Below are positions 25,194 to 37,143 of a stretch of 37,143 nt of DNA, piece after piece. Where the stretch lies: positions 1 through 37,143 of the forward strand of contig NW_021836803.1 of the NCBI RefSeq assembly GCF_006345805.1. Direction: 5' to 3'. A program made the translations under genes and the position numbers. The DNA is from Octopus sinensis (taxonomy: Eukaryota). The stretch's first letter is position 1, and the number at the start of each line of letters is the position of its first letter. Under the pieces are notes generated by a model. The model was not told the origin of the DNA. It made no database searches and saw only the letters and a program-made list of their open reading frames with translations.

Positions 25194-25989
25194 TAATCAT
25201 TATGTCCATAGAAAATTTTTCATTCAGATTTATCCTGCAAGATAAAGGATACCAAAACATTAACATTTATGTAATAGATTTATGTAGTACCCCAATGGTA
25301 ATGGGTAAATTAAGAATTTATAGCCGAAGTACATGTCTTGCATAAGTTCGCCATAAGCGTTCTTGTTTTCCAGAATTCTTTTATGGGTAAACATGTCTGC
25401 TTGCAAGCTGAGCTCAACGACAATGCATGGGTTTTGCTCCGTGTCTGAAGTTTGTTGCGTTTTTTGTTCCAAAATGCTACTTACATAAGTATGTGCCATT
25501 CGCATTCTTTACATATAATGGTGTAGGTAGAATACGATTCTAAGGTGCCATTACTCTAGCGTCAAGATAATTCGTCCTGCGGATATCATTGTAAATATTT
25601 TTGGTTAGCCATTATACCTCGTGTGAATATAGCACCTCGCAAACATCTTCGGGCAACTTTCAAGGAGATATATTCTAAAAGTTTTTGATGCAATCGATAT
25701 TTTCTCTCTCAACGTGGAGTTTTAGAGGAATCCTTACCATTTATAGTAGTCAAGTTTTATGTGGTTATCACCCACTCCTAAAAAACAAAGGCGTGTCCTG
25801 CTAGATTAGATGCAATATATCCATCACAAGTACAGAAGTTACTTTTCCTGTTAATGTTATGGTATCCTTTATCTGAATGAACATTTTTCTATGGACATAA
25901 TGATTGCTTTACCGTCAAGATTCTTTGCAAATAGTTCCAAGCCAGCAGATTGTCTGCTTGGTGAAACAGTTGTACATTCAGACGACCTC

Positions 25990-26812
25990 ATTTTTTCTAC
26001 TGTACAACAGCGTTTGTCTGAATGATACTCAAGCCTGACCTTCCTACTTTCATGTAATAGTTGTTCTGTACATACAATGCTATGTTGTTTTCTTCTGCTC
26101 CAATACTGTGTTCACATCCAATCAGTAATCTTCCCTCTCTTTTTTCTTGGTACATACAGTCTGTCTGGGTCACATTTGACGTGGAGTATCCCATCTCGTC
26201 AGCAAATTCCTCGTCTTTCTGTCTAAGCTGTTTAGTTCGTCTGCTGTCCGAGGAATTACCCCTGCTCCATATCTAAGTAGTGAAACCGCCCAGGTGTTGC
26301 TATCTTGAATCTTATTCTGTCCATTTAATATCGACTTAAGGATCGGTCTCAGTCCGTCATTTCTTTCTCCTTCAATTTATTCATTTCCGGTATCTCCAAG
26401 CCCGTCTCTTCAATCTGCTTCATAACCTCCCCCGATGGTATCGCTAACCCGCTCATACATTTGATTTTGCCTCTGTTCAAAACTAACACACCGCACTTTT
26501 TAAGTCTGAACTCCATTCTGATTTCAGCATTGAAAGTATACGCCGAGGGAACTGACTTAGGATCATTTTTACCATAATATTTGAGGTCATCCAAAAATGT
26601 CAACAAGTGATTTACATTTTCTGGCGGCTTTTGAATACATACCCAGCCATTGCTTTCCTCAGAATTAGTGTTAGTCGTATCATTCACAATACAAAGATCA
26701 GTGGGGAGATGCAATACCCTTGGGAGATGCCTCTCCTGATATTTATTGCCCCTAAACATCTTCCATAAACGTCTTCCACTTCGCCATACTTTTTCCAAGC
26801 AATCGCTCAACA
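25990..26812 (-). mobile_element. decayed Dong/R4-like LINE reverse transcriptase region
   Basis: Across frameshifts: INIRRGISQGYCISPLIFVL, NHLLTFLDDLKYYGK, EIRMEFRLKKCGVLVLNRGK, then the ILKS.LNG.NK..NTWAVSLLRYGAG segment. Confidence 0.85.
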
Positions 26813-26840
26813 TTATTATTATCATTATTATTATTATCAT

Positions 26841-27358
26841 TGAGTGAGCGAGCAGAGCATGCCATCAAAGTGACACTGGGGTAAAATATACGAAGCCCAG
26901 TATACCCATCATGACTACCCGTCTGATAAGGGTACACCAGGCACATGCATCACAACCATATGTGCGCGACATGGTGATCTCATATCAAGATAAACAGCAC
27001 ATGACCTTGCAGGTGGAGCCCAGTTAGAATTTTCTTTAGATCGAGTAACCCATCCGCTCAAAAAGGTCCCTGAATAAGGGTTGTTTAAGGACGTTGAACG
27101 AAACACCCATGTTTCCAGAGGTGAATTATTCAAACCCCAAAGAATCCTTCTCACACACATGGCTATGATGCTCCCCCACTACTTCTGCTCGTGATCAGAG
27201 ATGCACATATCGTCAGCCACTAAGGGACATGCTCAACTGGTTATGGTCAAACAACTGACAAGCAAATCTGTGGTATTGAGCAGAATATTTGCTGTAGCCC
27301 ATCTTTTATACCAAGACAAAACAATGTACATGATAACACTTCCAATCAGTTAAGATCA
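26841..27358 (-). mobile_element. element D, array copy 1 (5'-truncated)
   Basis: Near-identical to copies 2 and 3; flanked by (AAT)n on the sense strand. Confidence 0.9.
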
Positions 27359-27377
27359 TAATTATTATTATTATTAT

Positions 27378-27934
27378 TGAGTGAGAGAGCAGTGCATGCC
27401 ATCAAAGTGACACTGGGGTAAAATATACGAAGCCTAATATACCCATCATGACTACCCGTCTGATAAAGTTACACCAGGCACATGCATCACAACCATATGT
27501 GCGCGACATGGTGATCTCATATCAAGATAAACAGCACATGACCTTGCAGGTGGGGCCCAGTTAGAATTTTCTTCAGGTTGAGTAGCCCATCCCACTCAAA
27601 AGGTCCCTGAATAAGGGTTGTTTAAGGATGTTGAAAGAACCACCCATGTTTCCAGAGGTGAACTATTCAAACCCCAAAGAATCCGTCTCAACACATGGCT
27701 ATGATGCTCCCCCACTACTTCTGCTCATGATCAGAGATGCACATATCGTCAGCCACTAAGGGACATGCTCAACTGGTTAAGGTCAAACAACTGACAAGCA
27801 AATCTGTGGTATTGAGCAGAATATTTGCTGTAGCCCATCTTTTATACCAAGACAAAACAATGTACATGATAACACTTCCAATCAGTTAAGATCAGAAGCC
27901 ATGAGAGCCACTGCCTGGTACTGCATCAGGGCAT
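27378..27934 (-). mobile_element. element D, array copy 2 (full length, about 555 bp)
   Basis: Sense strand starts ATGCCCTGATGCAGTACCAGG and ends GCACTGCTCTCTCACTCAATAAT; four extra 5'-end fragments extend to 28009. Confidence 0.92.
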
Positions 27935-28015
27935 AGGTAGTGCATCAGGGCATAAGGTACTGCATCAGGGCATTTATACTGCATCAGGGCATTTACTGCA
28001 TCAGGGCATTTATTA

Positions 28016-28048
<33 letters not shown>

Positions 28049-28049
<1 letters not shown>

Positions 28050-28601
28050 GAGTGAGAGAGCAGTTCATGCCATCAAAGTGACACTGGGATAAAATATACG
28101 AAGCCCAATATACCCATCATGACTACCCGTCTGATAAGGGTACACCAGGCACATGCATCACAACCATATGTGCGCGACATGGTGATCTCATATCAAGATA
28201 AACAGCACATGACCTTGCAGGTGGGGCCCAGTTAGAATTTTCTTCAGGTTGAGTAGCCCATCACGCTCAAAAGGTCCCTGAATAAGGTTTGTTAAGGATG
28301 TTGAAAGAACCACCCATGTTTCCAGAGGTGAATTATTCAACCCCAAAGAATCCCTCTCAACACATGGCTATGATGCTCCCCCACTACTTCTGCTCGTGAT
28401 CAGAGATGCACATATCGTCAGCCACTAAGGGACATACTCAACTGGTTAAGGTCAAACAACTGACAAGCAAATCTGTGGTAGTGAGCAGAATATTTGCTGT
28501 AGCCCATCTTTTATACCAAGACAAAACAATGTACATGATAACACTTCTAATCAGTTAAGATCAGAAGCCATGAGAGCCACTGCCTGGTACTGCATCAGGG
28601 C

Positions 28602-28603
<2 letters not shown>
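28049..28603 (-). mobile_element. element D, array copy 3 (full length)
   Basis: Same termini as copy 2; (AAT)n on both sides. Confidence 0.92.
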
Positions 28604-28685
<82 letters not shown>

Positions 28686-28688
28686 TAT

Positions 28689-29186
28689 TGTGAGAGAGAG
28701 CAGTGCATGCCATTAAAGTGAAACTGGGGTAAAATATACGAAGCCCATCATGACTACGCATCTGATAAGATAACACAAGACATGCATCACAACCATATGT
28801 GCACGACAGGGTGATCTCATATGAAGACAAACAGTGCATGACCTTGGATGTGGGACACAGAATTTACTTTAGGTCGAGTGGACCATCCTGCTGAAAGTTC
28901 GATGATAAGGTTTCTTGAAGGATGCTGCACGAAATACCCATGTTTCTAACGGCGAATTATCCAAACCACAAAGAATTGCTCTCAACACATGACTATGATA
29001 CTCACTCACCAGTTCTGCTCGTGATCAGAGATGCACAAATCGTCAGCCACTAAGGTACATGCTCAACTGATTAAGGTCAAACAACTGACAAGTAAATATG
29101 TGGTATTGAGCAGAATATTTGCTGTAGCCCATCTTTTATACCAAGACAAAACAATGTGGAAGGTAATACTTCCAATCAGTTAAGAT
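28689..29186 (-). mobile_element. element D, array copy 4 (older, 5'-truncated)
   Basis: Colinear but clearly more diverged, with small deletions. Confidence 0.88.
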
Positions 29187-29206
29187 TATTATTATTATTA
29201 TTATTA

Positions 29207-29280
<74 letters not shown>

Positions 29281-29287
29281 TTATTAT

Positions 29288-29864
29288 TCCTTCGTAACAC
29301 AATGTAGGTTAAAATGCACCGGAGTCTTTAGTCATCTGTCAAGTCAAACAGGTACCTCAGACAAGCTGTTTTTTGCAAGACATCAATCTTGCATGGGATT
29401 TCCAGTTGCCTTAAGAAGTTTTGAGGTTTCAATGGGATTGAGCCCAATGTTCCAATCACCACCGGAGCATTATTCTCTCGCATTCCCTACAGACTTGCCA
29501 TTTCCACTTTCAATTCGGAGTAGTTGGTGGCTTTCATGTCATTTGGTATGACTACATCAATGATCTGACAATATTAGCCTCGCTTATTCAATATGACAAT
29601 ATCCGGCCGACGGTATTCGATTACACAATCCGTTTGAAAATTGTAGTCCCATACTATCGTTAGTTTTCCATCATCCTGATTAAGTTTACTCGGTACATGC
29701 TCATACCAGATCTCTGTTTCTTCATAATGGTATTTACGACATAAGAGCCAATGAACATATACATACACTTTATTGTGGCGGTGCTTGTATTCTTTTTGTG
29801 CCAGGCTCTCACATCCACCAACCAAGTGGGTCGCATTTTCCATATTCTTTCCACAGAGTCTGCA
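29288..29864 (-). mobile_element. 3' portion of a Dong/R4-like LINE: CCHC knuckle + restriction-like endonuclease + (AAT)n tail
   Basis: CRLCGKNMENATHLVGGC (CX2CX8HX4C), EYKHRH..VHW.LC.KY..WYEH.P, WDYNFQTD..RRPDIV, IIDVVIPND and PVVIGTLG, all in one frame with in-frame stops. Confidence 0.9.
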
Positions 29865-30025
29865 TTTCGTCTGCCTCGACGTTCTGAGGTCAAATTAAGC
29901 CGAGGTCGACTTTGTCTTTCATACTTTCGGGGTCGATAAACTAAGTACCAGTTGAATACTGAGGTCGATGTAATCAACCAGTCCCCTCCCAGAAAATTTC
30001 AGGCCTTGTGCCTATATTAGGCAAG
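29862..30025 (+). mobile_element. headless A'-type SINE
   Basis: GCATTTCGTCTGCC...GAGGTCGACTTTG...GGGGTCGATAAA...AGGCCTTGTGCC, running into ATT/AGT repeats. Confidence 0.8.
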
Positions 30026-30045
30026 ATTGTTATCATTATTATAAC

Positions 30046-30116
<71 letters not shown>

Positions 30117-30117
<1 letters not shown>

Positions 30118-30500
30118 TAGAGACGCAGTGATCCAGTGGCTTGGGCAGTGGGCTCGCGGTCATAGGATCGCGGTTTCGATTTCCAGACCGGGCGTTGTGA
30201 CTGTTTATTGGGCGAAAACTGCTAAAGTTCCACGAGGCTCCAGCAAGTGCGTTGTGGTGAACCCTGCTGTATTCTTTTCCCCACAACTTTCTCTCACTCT
30301 CTCCTCCTGTTTCTGTTGTCCCTGTATTTCCAAGGGACCAGTCTTGTCACACTCTGTGTCACGCTGAACATCCCCGAGAACTACGTAAAGGATACACGTG
30401 TCTGTGGTGTGCTCGGCTACTTGCACGTTAATTTCACGAGCAGGCTGTCCATCGATCGGTTCAACTGGAACCCTCGTCGTCGTAACCGACGGAGTGCTAC
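30117..30500 (+). mobile_element. tRNA-derived SINE, family E, full length (about 385 bp), embedded in (AGT)n
   Basis: A-box-like CAGTGGCTTGG and B-box GGTTTCGATTTCC; its 5' half matches 11421-11616; (AGT)n on both sides. Confidence 0.85.
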
Positions 30501-30501
30501 G

Positions 30502-30619
30502 TGTAGTAGTAGTAGTAGTTGTTGTAGTAGTAGTAGTAGTAGTAGTAGCAGCAGCAACAGTAGTAGTAGTAGTAGTAGTAGTAGCAGCAGCAGCCATAGT
30601 AGTAGTGGCAGCAGCAGCT

Positions 30620-30658
<39 letters not shown>

Positions 30659-30726
30659 ACAGCAGCAGCAGTAGCAGTAGTGGTATTTGTAGTAGTGGAA
30701 GCAGCAGCAGCAGCAGCAGCAGCGGC

Positions 30727-30773
<47 letters not shown>

Positions 30774-30813
30774 CAGCAGCAGCAGTAGCAGTAGTGGTAT
30801 TCGTAGTAGTGGA

Positions 30814-30876
<63 letters not shown>
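30502..30876. repeat. (AGT/AGC)n microsatellite with a duplicated ~114-bp higher-order unit
   Basis: AGCAGCAGCAGTAGCAGTAGTGGTATTYGTAGTAGTGGAAGC recurs at 30661 and 30775. Confidence 0.9.
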
Positions 30877-30881
<5 letters not shown>

Positions 30882-31333
30882 GGGCGGTTCAAACACTGAA
30901 TAGCAGTGCTACTAACACTGCTGCTGCTGCTGATGATGATGGTGATGATAGTTGTAGTGTTGATGATGTTGATGATGTTGATATCTTTTGTCGAAGTTTT
31001 TACGGTTGTCTCTCTTTTTTTCCTTTTATTCGTTATAGCATGTTGTTTTCACACTCCGCCCCCCCCTACCAATCGCTTTCAATCTTAAACATTGACGCCC
31101 AATACATTTCCTCTGTCCCTACTCACCAACTGCATCACCCAACACTCTGTCCATATATAATTCACACACACACACACGCACGCAGACTCACAAGTTATTC
31201 CCCATACATCCCGCTGCCCAGGCCTCCGGCCACTCCATAGACTCGTGGGTGCATAAAAAGACATAATATATCCAGCGAGATAAACGTATATGCCTCCACT
31301 CCAACACAAGCATACAACTACCGCTCTCACACA

Positions 31334-31366
<33 letters not shown>

Positions 31367-31539
31367 ACAGATATATAGATATAGATATATATAAATATAT
31401 ACACACACATGCATACGTACATGCATATATAGGTATATGCCTAAATATAGTCATAAATACATATTTTCATAATTCCAGCATATAATCATGTGTGTGTATG
31501 TGTGCATGTATGTACGCACACACACACACACATATACAT

Positions 31540-31570
<31 letters not shown>

Positions 31571-31727
31571 AATATATACATTCGTATATATATGTATGTA
31601 TATATGTATATATATGCATTTTTGTATATATATACATATAAACATATATGTGTATATATAAATATATATATATGTGTATATATATATATATATGTATGTA
31701 TATATGTATGTATTTATATATAAATAT

Positions 31728-31765
<38 letters not shown>

Positions 31766-32339
31766 AATATGTATACATACGTATATACGTAAAACACTGA
31801 ATCAAGAGCATATACGCTTTCTCACATGCATAAAATCATTCATACATACAAACATACCTGCATACACATACATACATACTTACATATACACAGATATATA
31901 TGTATATATATATATATACATGCATACATGCAGCATTGTGTTATAGGACACTCTCACTTGCACAAAATGCACAACCCACCCAGTAACTCGCCAGGACTCA
32001 TCTGCTACAACAACATCAATGCACATCACCTCTTTTGGCTCTACTCACTGTCATTAACTCCCTCCTGGGAACATCACCCACGTCTCCACCGGCACTTATA
32101 TATCCCCACCACTCCACCATACCATATGCCATGTCATTGTTTTCCATTTTAAAGAGGTCATCGACAGTTCTTGGACTATTTTCATTTTATTTATTCATTT
32201 ATTTTTATTTATATATTTATTTATGCATTTATGTTTTTGAAATATCTTTGACAAATGTCCAGTATTGCGTATATACTAGTCTGATGATGCTTCTAGCCGA
32301 ATATACATACATACATGCATACATATATATATACATGCA

Positions 32340-32404
<65 letters not shown>

Positions 32405-32405
32405 C

Positions 32406-32438
<33 letters not shown>

Positions 32439-32442
32439 GTAA

Positions 32443-32478
<36 letters not shown>

Positions 32479-32714
32479 GTAACTATCTATCTATCTACTT
32501 ATTTACCTATCTATCTATATGTGTGTATGAGAGTCTAGTATCTATGCATACACACAGAGATAAAGAGATGCATAGGTATGTATGCGTATAAATATATATG
32601 TATGTATGTATATATATGTATATATACATAAATAAATAAATATATATATATACATACATAAATGTATATGTATATATATATGCACCCAAAACCCCTATCT
32701 CAATTTGTAATTAT

Positions 32715-32764
<50 letters not shown>

Positions 32765-32799
32765 AATAAATATACATACGCACATATATAAATATATAT

Positions 32800-33241
32800 C
32801 TCTTTTACTCTTTTACTTGTTTCAGTCATTTGACTGTGGCCATGTTAGAACACCGCCTTTAGTCGAGCAAATCGACCCCGGGACTTATTCTTTGTAAGCT
32901 CAGTACTTAATCTATCGATCTCTTTTGCCGAACCGCTAAGTGACGGGGACGTAACACACCAGCATCGGTTGTCAAGCAATACTAGGGGGACAAACACAGA
33001 CACACAAACACACCACACACACATATATATATATATATATATAGATATATATATATATATAATATATATATATATATACGACAGGCTTCTTTCAGTTTCC
33101 GTCTACCAAATCCACTCACAAGGCATTGGTCGGCCCGGGGCTATAGCAGAAGACACTTGCCCAAGATGCCACGCAGTGGGAATGAACCCGGAACCATGTG
33201 GTTGGTTAGCAAGCTACTTACCACGCAGCCACTCCTGCACC
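32800..33241 (-). mobile_element. family B SINE, full length, with an expanded internal (TA)n
   Basis: Colinear with the 9329 and 24245 copies. Confidence 0.92.
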
Positions 33242-33633
33242 TATGTACACATATGTATGCATATATGTATCCGTACATACATATATGTGTGTGTGTGTGT
33301 GCGTGTGTGTTTATATACATATGTATATACGTACATAGATGAAAAAAGATAAGAGATCTATGCATATCAAAATTTTTTATTTAGAAAAGATGGGGGCGGA
33401 AATAATACTGAAGTAAATTTAAGACATTCTAATTCCGAAAGAAATCAATAAAATAATAAAAAAATGTTTTATATTTATAGAAAATATAAAATATTACCGG
33501 TTTCGATGGCGAATTTTATTTTATCAACTATTAATAACGTTGGTTGGAACATGTCCGGAGTTTTACCATGAAGTCTTCTTCAAATATAGTTTGTTCGTAA
33601 ATATATATGTATGTGTGCATATATTATAGTATG

Positions 33634-33694
<61 letters not shown>

Positions 33695-33930
33695 ATATAT
33701 ATAAATATATATATATGTATAAAAGATATATATAAATACAAAATGGGACAAGAACGCAAAACATTCAAATAGATGAAACAAAAAACGGACGGGTCATTCG
33801 AAGCCTCTAATCTTCAGTTAAGAATCGGATCATCCTCGCAATTTCGGCTGATTAATCTTGAGATCGCTCCGATCCGGCCAGCCCCAAGGAAAAACTAAGC
33901 TACGAGCATTATATATTTGTGTGTGTATGC

Positions 33931-33961
<31 letters not shown>

Positions 33962-34040
33962 TATATATATATATATATATATATATTATGTATATATATA
34001 TATTTGTGTGTGTAGGTGTTTATATATATATATATATAAT

Positions 34041-34084
<44 letters not shown>

Positions 34085-34253
34085 TATATATAATATATAT
34101 CAAATTAAATGGTTGTTTTTTTGCAATTGAACCTAAAGGCAAAACTAATTGAGGTCACAAAATCGACAGAGGGTACTTTCCAACACCAGTCATTACTAGA
34201 GACAAGAGTTACATATCTCAAAATCCACAAAGCACTGTACTTAATAAATGAGG

Positions 34254-34562
34254 AAGGGAGCTAAGTTCCCAGCGTACATAGCCTGATCGAACGATCTCAG
34301 ATCTTTATGCATAGCATCTTAATCCTCGTCAGCGACTCTTAACGCTTAGGGTTAAACTCAACTAACTCTGCCAGTCTAATAAGTAAAACCGTTGAAAGAC
34401 CTGCGCTGATTTTCTAAGTAGTAAAAGTGTAAACATTATTATAAGACAGAAATAAGTAGTTCAGTTCAATCCTAGGCGTTAAGAGTCGCTGAAGAAGATT
34501 AAGATACCGTGCATAAAAATCCGAAATCGCTCGATCCGATACACCGGGGACTTACCGCCCTT
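34254..34562. mobile_element. MITE-like element with ~105-bp imperfect terminal inverted repeats
   Basis: The left arm 34262-34364 (…GATCGAACGATCTCAGATCTTTATGCATAGCATCTTAATCCTCGTCAGCGACTCTTAACGCTTAGG…) is the reverse complement of 34457-34554, at roughly 80% identity by eye. No coding capacity; no clear TSD. Confidence 0.7.
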
Positions 34563-34663
34563 TGTCAGACATTAAGTATAGTTCTGTGTGACTTTTGAGT
34601 TAGATTAACTCTTTTACAAGCAATAGCTTGTGCTGGAAAGTAACCTCCATCACAATTGCAGAG

Positions 34664-34810
34664 CAGCATTTCATCTCTTTATGTTATGAGTTCAAATTCC
34701 GCAGAGGTCGACTTTACTTTTCATCCTTTCGGGATCGTCTGGGAATTGGGATCGACGGAACCCAGATCCCCGAAATTGCTGGACTTGTGCCAATATTCGA
34801 AAACAATATT
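34664..34810 (+). mobile_element. headless, internally deleted A'-type SINE
   Basis: GAGTTCAAATTCCGCAGAGGTCGACTTT...CATCCTTTCGGG...CCCGAAATTGCTGGACTTGTGCCAA. Confidence 0.75.
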
Positions 34811-35245
34811 TGTAGTGGATGTTTGTACTATTTGTAACAAAGTTATTAAAAATATTCTTAGCATTTTGTAGTAGTAGTATTAGTAGTAGGATGACGAGGT
34901 GGGGAACAGCAATATTCGTAGTTGTTGTTGTGGTGTTAATGATGGTGTTGGTGTTAGTGATTGTGGAAGCATTAATGGCGTTATCAGTGATGTTTTGGTG
35001 TAAACAGTAGTTCTGATATACACGTACACCGTGAGCACATTCATGTGTGTCTAGTTGTTTAAATTTTAAATGCATATGTTTGTATTTGCGTATGTGTGTA
35101 AATATTTATGTACGCGTTTGTGTCTCTGGGAGCACATTTGCAGAAACACATATTCGCATGTATACGCATGTATAATTATATACGCGTACATATGTTCATA
35201 CATGTGTATATAAATATATACACATATTTTGTACGTTGGTATATA

Positions 35246-35276
<31 letters not shown>

Positions 35277-35281
35277 ATTAT

Positions 35282-35313
<32 letters not shown>

Positions 35314-35932
35314 ATATAATTATATATGTGTGTGTGGATATGTTATATACACATATACAAATATATGCACACTCAAACATATGTACAGGCACCTATGCAC
35401 ACACTCAAAAAACATACAGGCAAATAGACAGATAGGTAGATAGATAGATATTTGTATGCATACACACACAGACACACACACACACACACATATATATTTA
35501 CACACAGACACATATACACACAGATATGTATATACATTTCATATTTATGTACACGAACATATACATACATATACATAATATATATATATATATATATTAC
35601 ATATGTGTATGTATGCACGCTTATTTATTGGTAGATATGTGTGCATTATGACAGGAGAACACTGGACAGAATTCATAAATCCAGCACCACCACCGCCACC
35701 AACACCACTACTACTCCAACCAGTACATCACCAACCTTCCCAACCCCCCTACACCCCGATATTGTCCGTGCTGATTTCATTCGTCTGACATGGTGAAACT
35801 GTGGGAAGGTGATGCCGAGAGGGCAGGAGAGAGGTACTTAAACATTAGATCGTATCTGACCTAATTATTCGTCTGGAGATGTTACTAGGCAGTCGATGGA
35901 TACATTATCTGGGGTGTATTTATATATATATG

Positions 35933-35963
<31 letters not shown>

Positions 35964-36531
35964 TATACATATATATACACACACATATATATATATGTAT
36001 TGTTGGAAAGGTGGTGCTTATCTAGACAATGAGTGACACGGGTGGGGATGTTATTTGGAAGGAATGGAGGGATGGTGGGCCAGTCTATGGTGGACAGCAG
36101 TTATGGACACACAGTCAGCTATCTGGTGCCATCTTGCAATTTGAGACATTTTTTCCTGCCCAACGACATTTTTTACTATCATTTATATTTTTTTTTTCTA
36201 AATTTGATAATTTGTTTTTATATTTATTCCTTTTTTCTTCGTTTCCTACGAAATATTGGGTGGACATTACTTTTATTCAAATAATGCTGAGGCGATGTGT
36301 GTTTGCATGTGTGCTTATGTGTATGGTAGTGTGTACATACATACATACATGTGTGTACGTATGTATATATGTATGCATGTGTATATTGCTGTGACTTTAT
36401 ATATGCGTCTGCATATATTATCAAGATTTTTTCTATGCATGACTCGTGTTCATTGTTGCCCTGTCTTTCTCTCAGCAGACATATACACGCGCGCGCGCAC
36501 ATACATGCGCGCTCCTTGCACCCCACATACT

Positions 36532-36594
<63 letters not shown>

Positions 36595-36684
36595 CAATAT
36601 ATCAATGTGCTTGATGGTATTCAGCAATAGAAAACGTAAAGAATGTTATGTGAAGTACACAAAGGAATATTTGTCCATTGACTT

Positions 36685-36869
36685 TTCTATCTATCTATAT
36701 ATCTATCTATCTATCTACCTACCTATCTATCTATCTATCTATCTACCTATCTATCTATATATCTATCTACCTATCTATCTATCTATATATATATCTACCT
36801 ATCTATCTATATATCTATCTATCTGTCTATCTATCTATCATTCTATCTATCTGTCTATCTCTCTATCTC

Positions 36870-36914
<45 letters not shown>

Positions 36915-37005
36915 TATCTATCTGTCTGTCTGTCGATCTGTCTGTCTATCCTATTGTCTGTCTCTCTTGCCCTCTGTCTGCCTGTCTGTCTCTCTGTCTA
37001 TCTAT
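36685..37005. repeat. (TCTA)n/(TCTG)n tetranucleotide microsatellite
   Basis: Visible directly. Confidence 0.95.
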
Positions 37006-37143
37006 CTTTTAATCGTTCATCTTACTGATGACAAAATTTCCTTCTGGAGTACGGCCTACAGAAATGAGTGGACACAAAAGAATACTCTTATCACCTGATA
37101 TATAATGTGAAAACTTTTTCCAAACATTTTCCCTTTCTCAGGA

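Noticed and set aside
26841-29186. CRISPR-like or satellite interpretation of the tandem units
   Set aside because: Eukaryotic context, 555-bp units, microsatellite spacers, a dispersed copy at 14.9 kb, and no cas genes.
30247-31240. Long ORFs (218, 280 and 159 aa) and similar poly-I/Y/L/H/T ORFs throughout the track
   Set aside because: They are translations of tri- and di-nucleotide microsatellites and SINE sequence, with no domain content.
33800-33900. GGCTG...CAGCC-GAAA stem and a nearby CTGAAGA on the minus strand
   Set aside because: The elements cannot be arranged into a valid type I, II or III hammerhead topology.

Overview
AT-rich eukaryotic DNA, very dense in microsatellites, and almost entirely intronic or intergenic. 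The SINE families and the Dong/R4-like LINE content suggest an octopus (cephalopod) genome; this is an inference from recognised repeat types, not a database result. Nearly all ORFs in the supplied track are microsatellite read-throughs. Supported content: (1) many copies of several tRNA-derived SINE families, two with perfect 16-bp TSDs; (2) decayed Dong/R4-like non-LTR retrotransposon pieces (RT, CCHC knuckle, restriction-like endonuclease) sitting in (AAT)n tracts; (3) a ~555-bp non-coding element in four tandem copies separated by (AAT)n at 26.8-29.2 kb, plus a fifth copy at 14.9 kb; (4) a Penelope-like GIY-YIG endonuclease remnant; (5) a MITE-like long inverted repeat; (6) one plausible host exon on the minus strand encoding a CUB-like segment (4234-4444). 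The most unusual item is a tRNA-headed, SINE-like element at 6197-6691 (-) whose 3' part carries a degenerate minimal type-I hammerhead ribozyme motif of the kind found in Penelope-like elements and retrozymes. All alignments and folds were done by eye.
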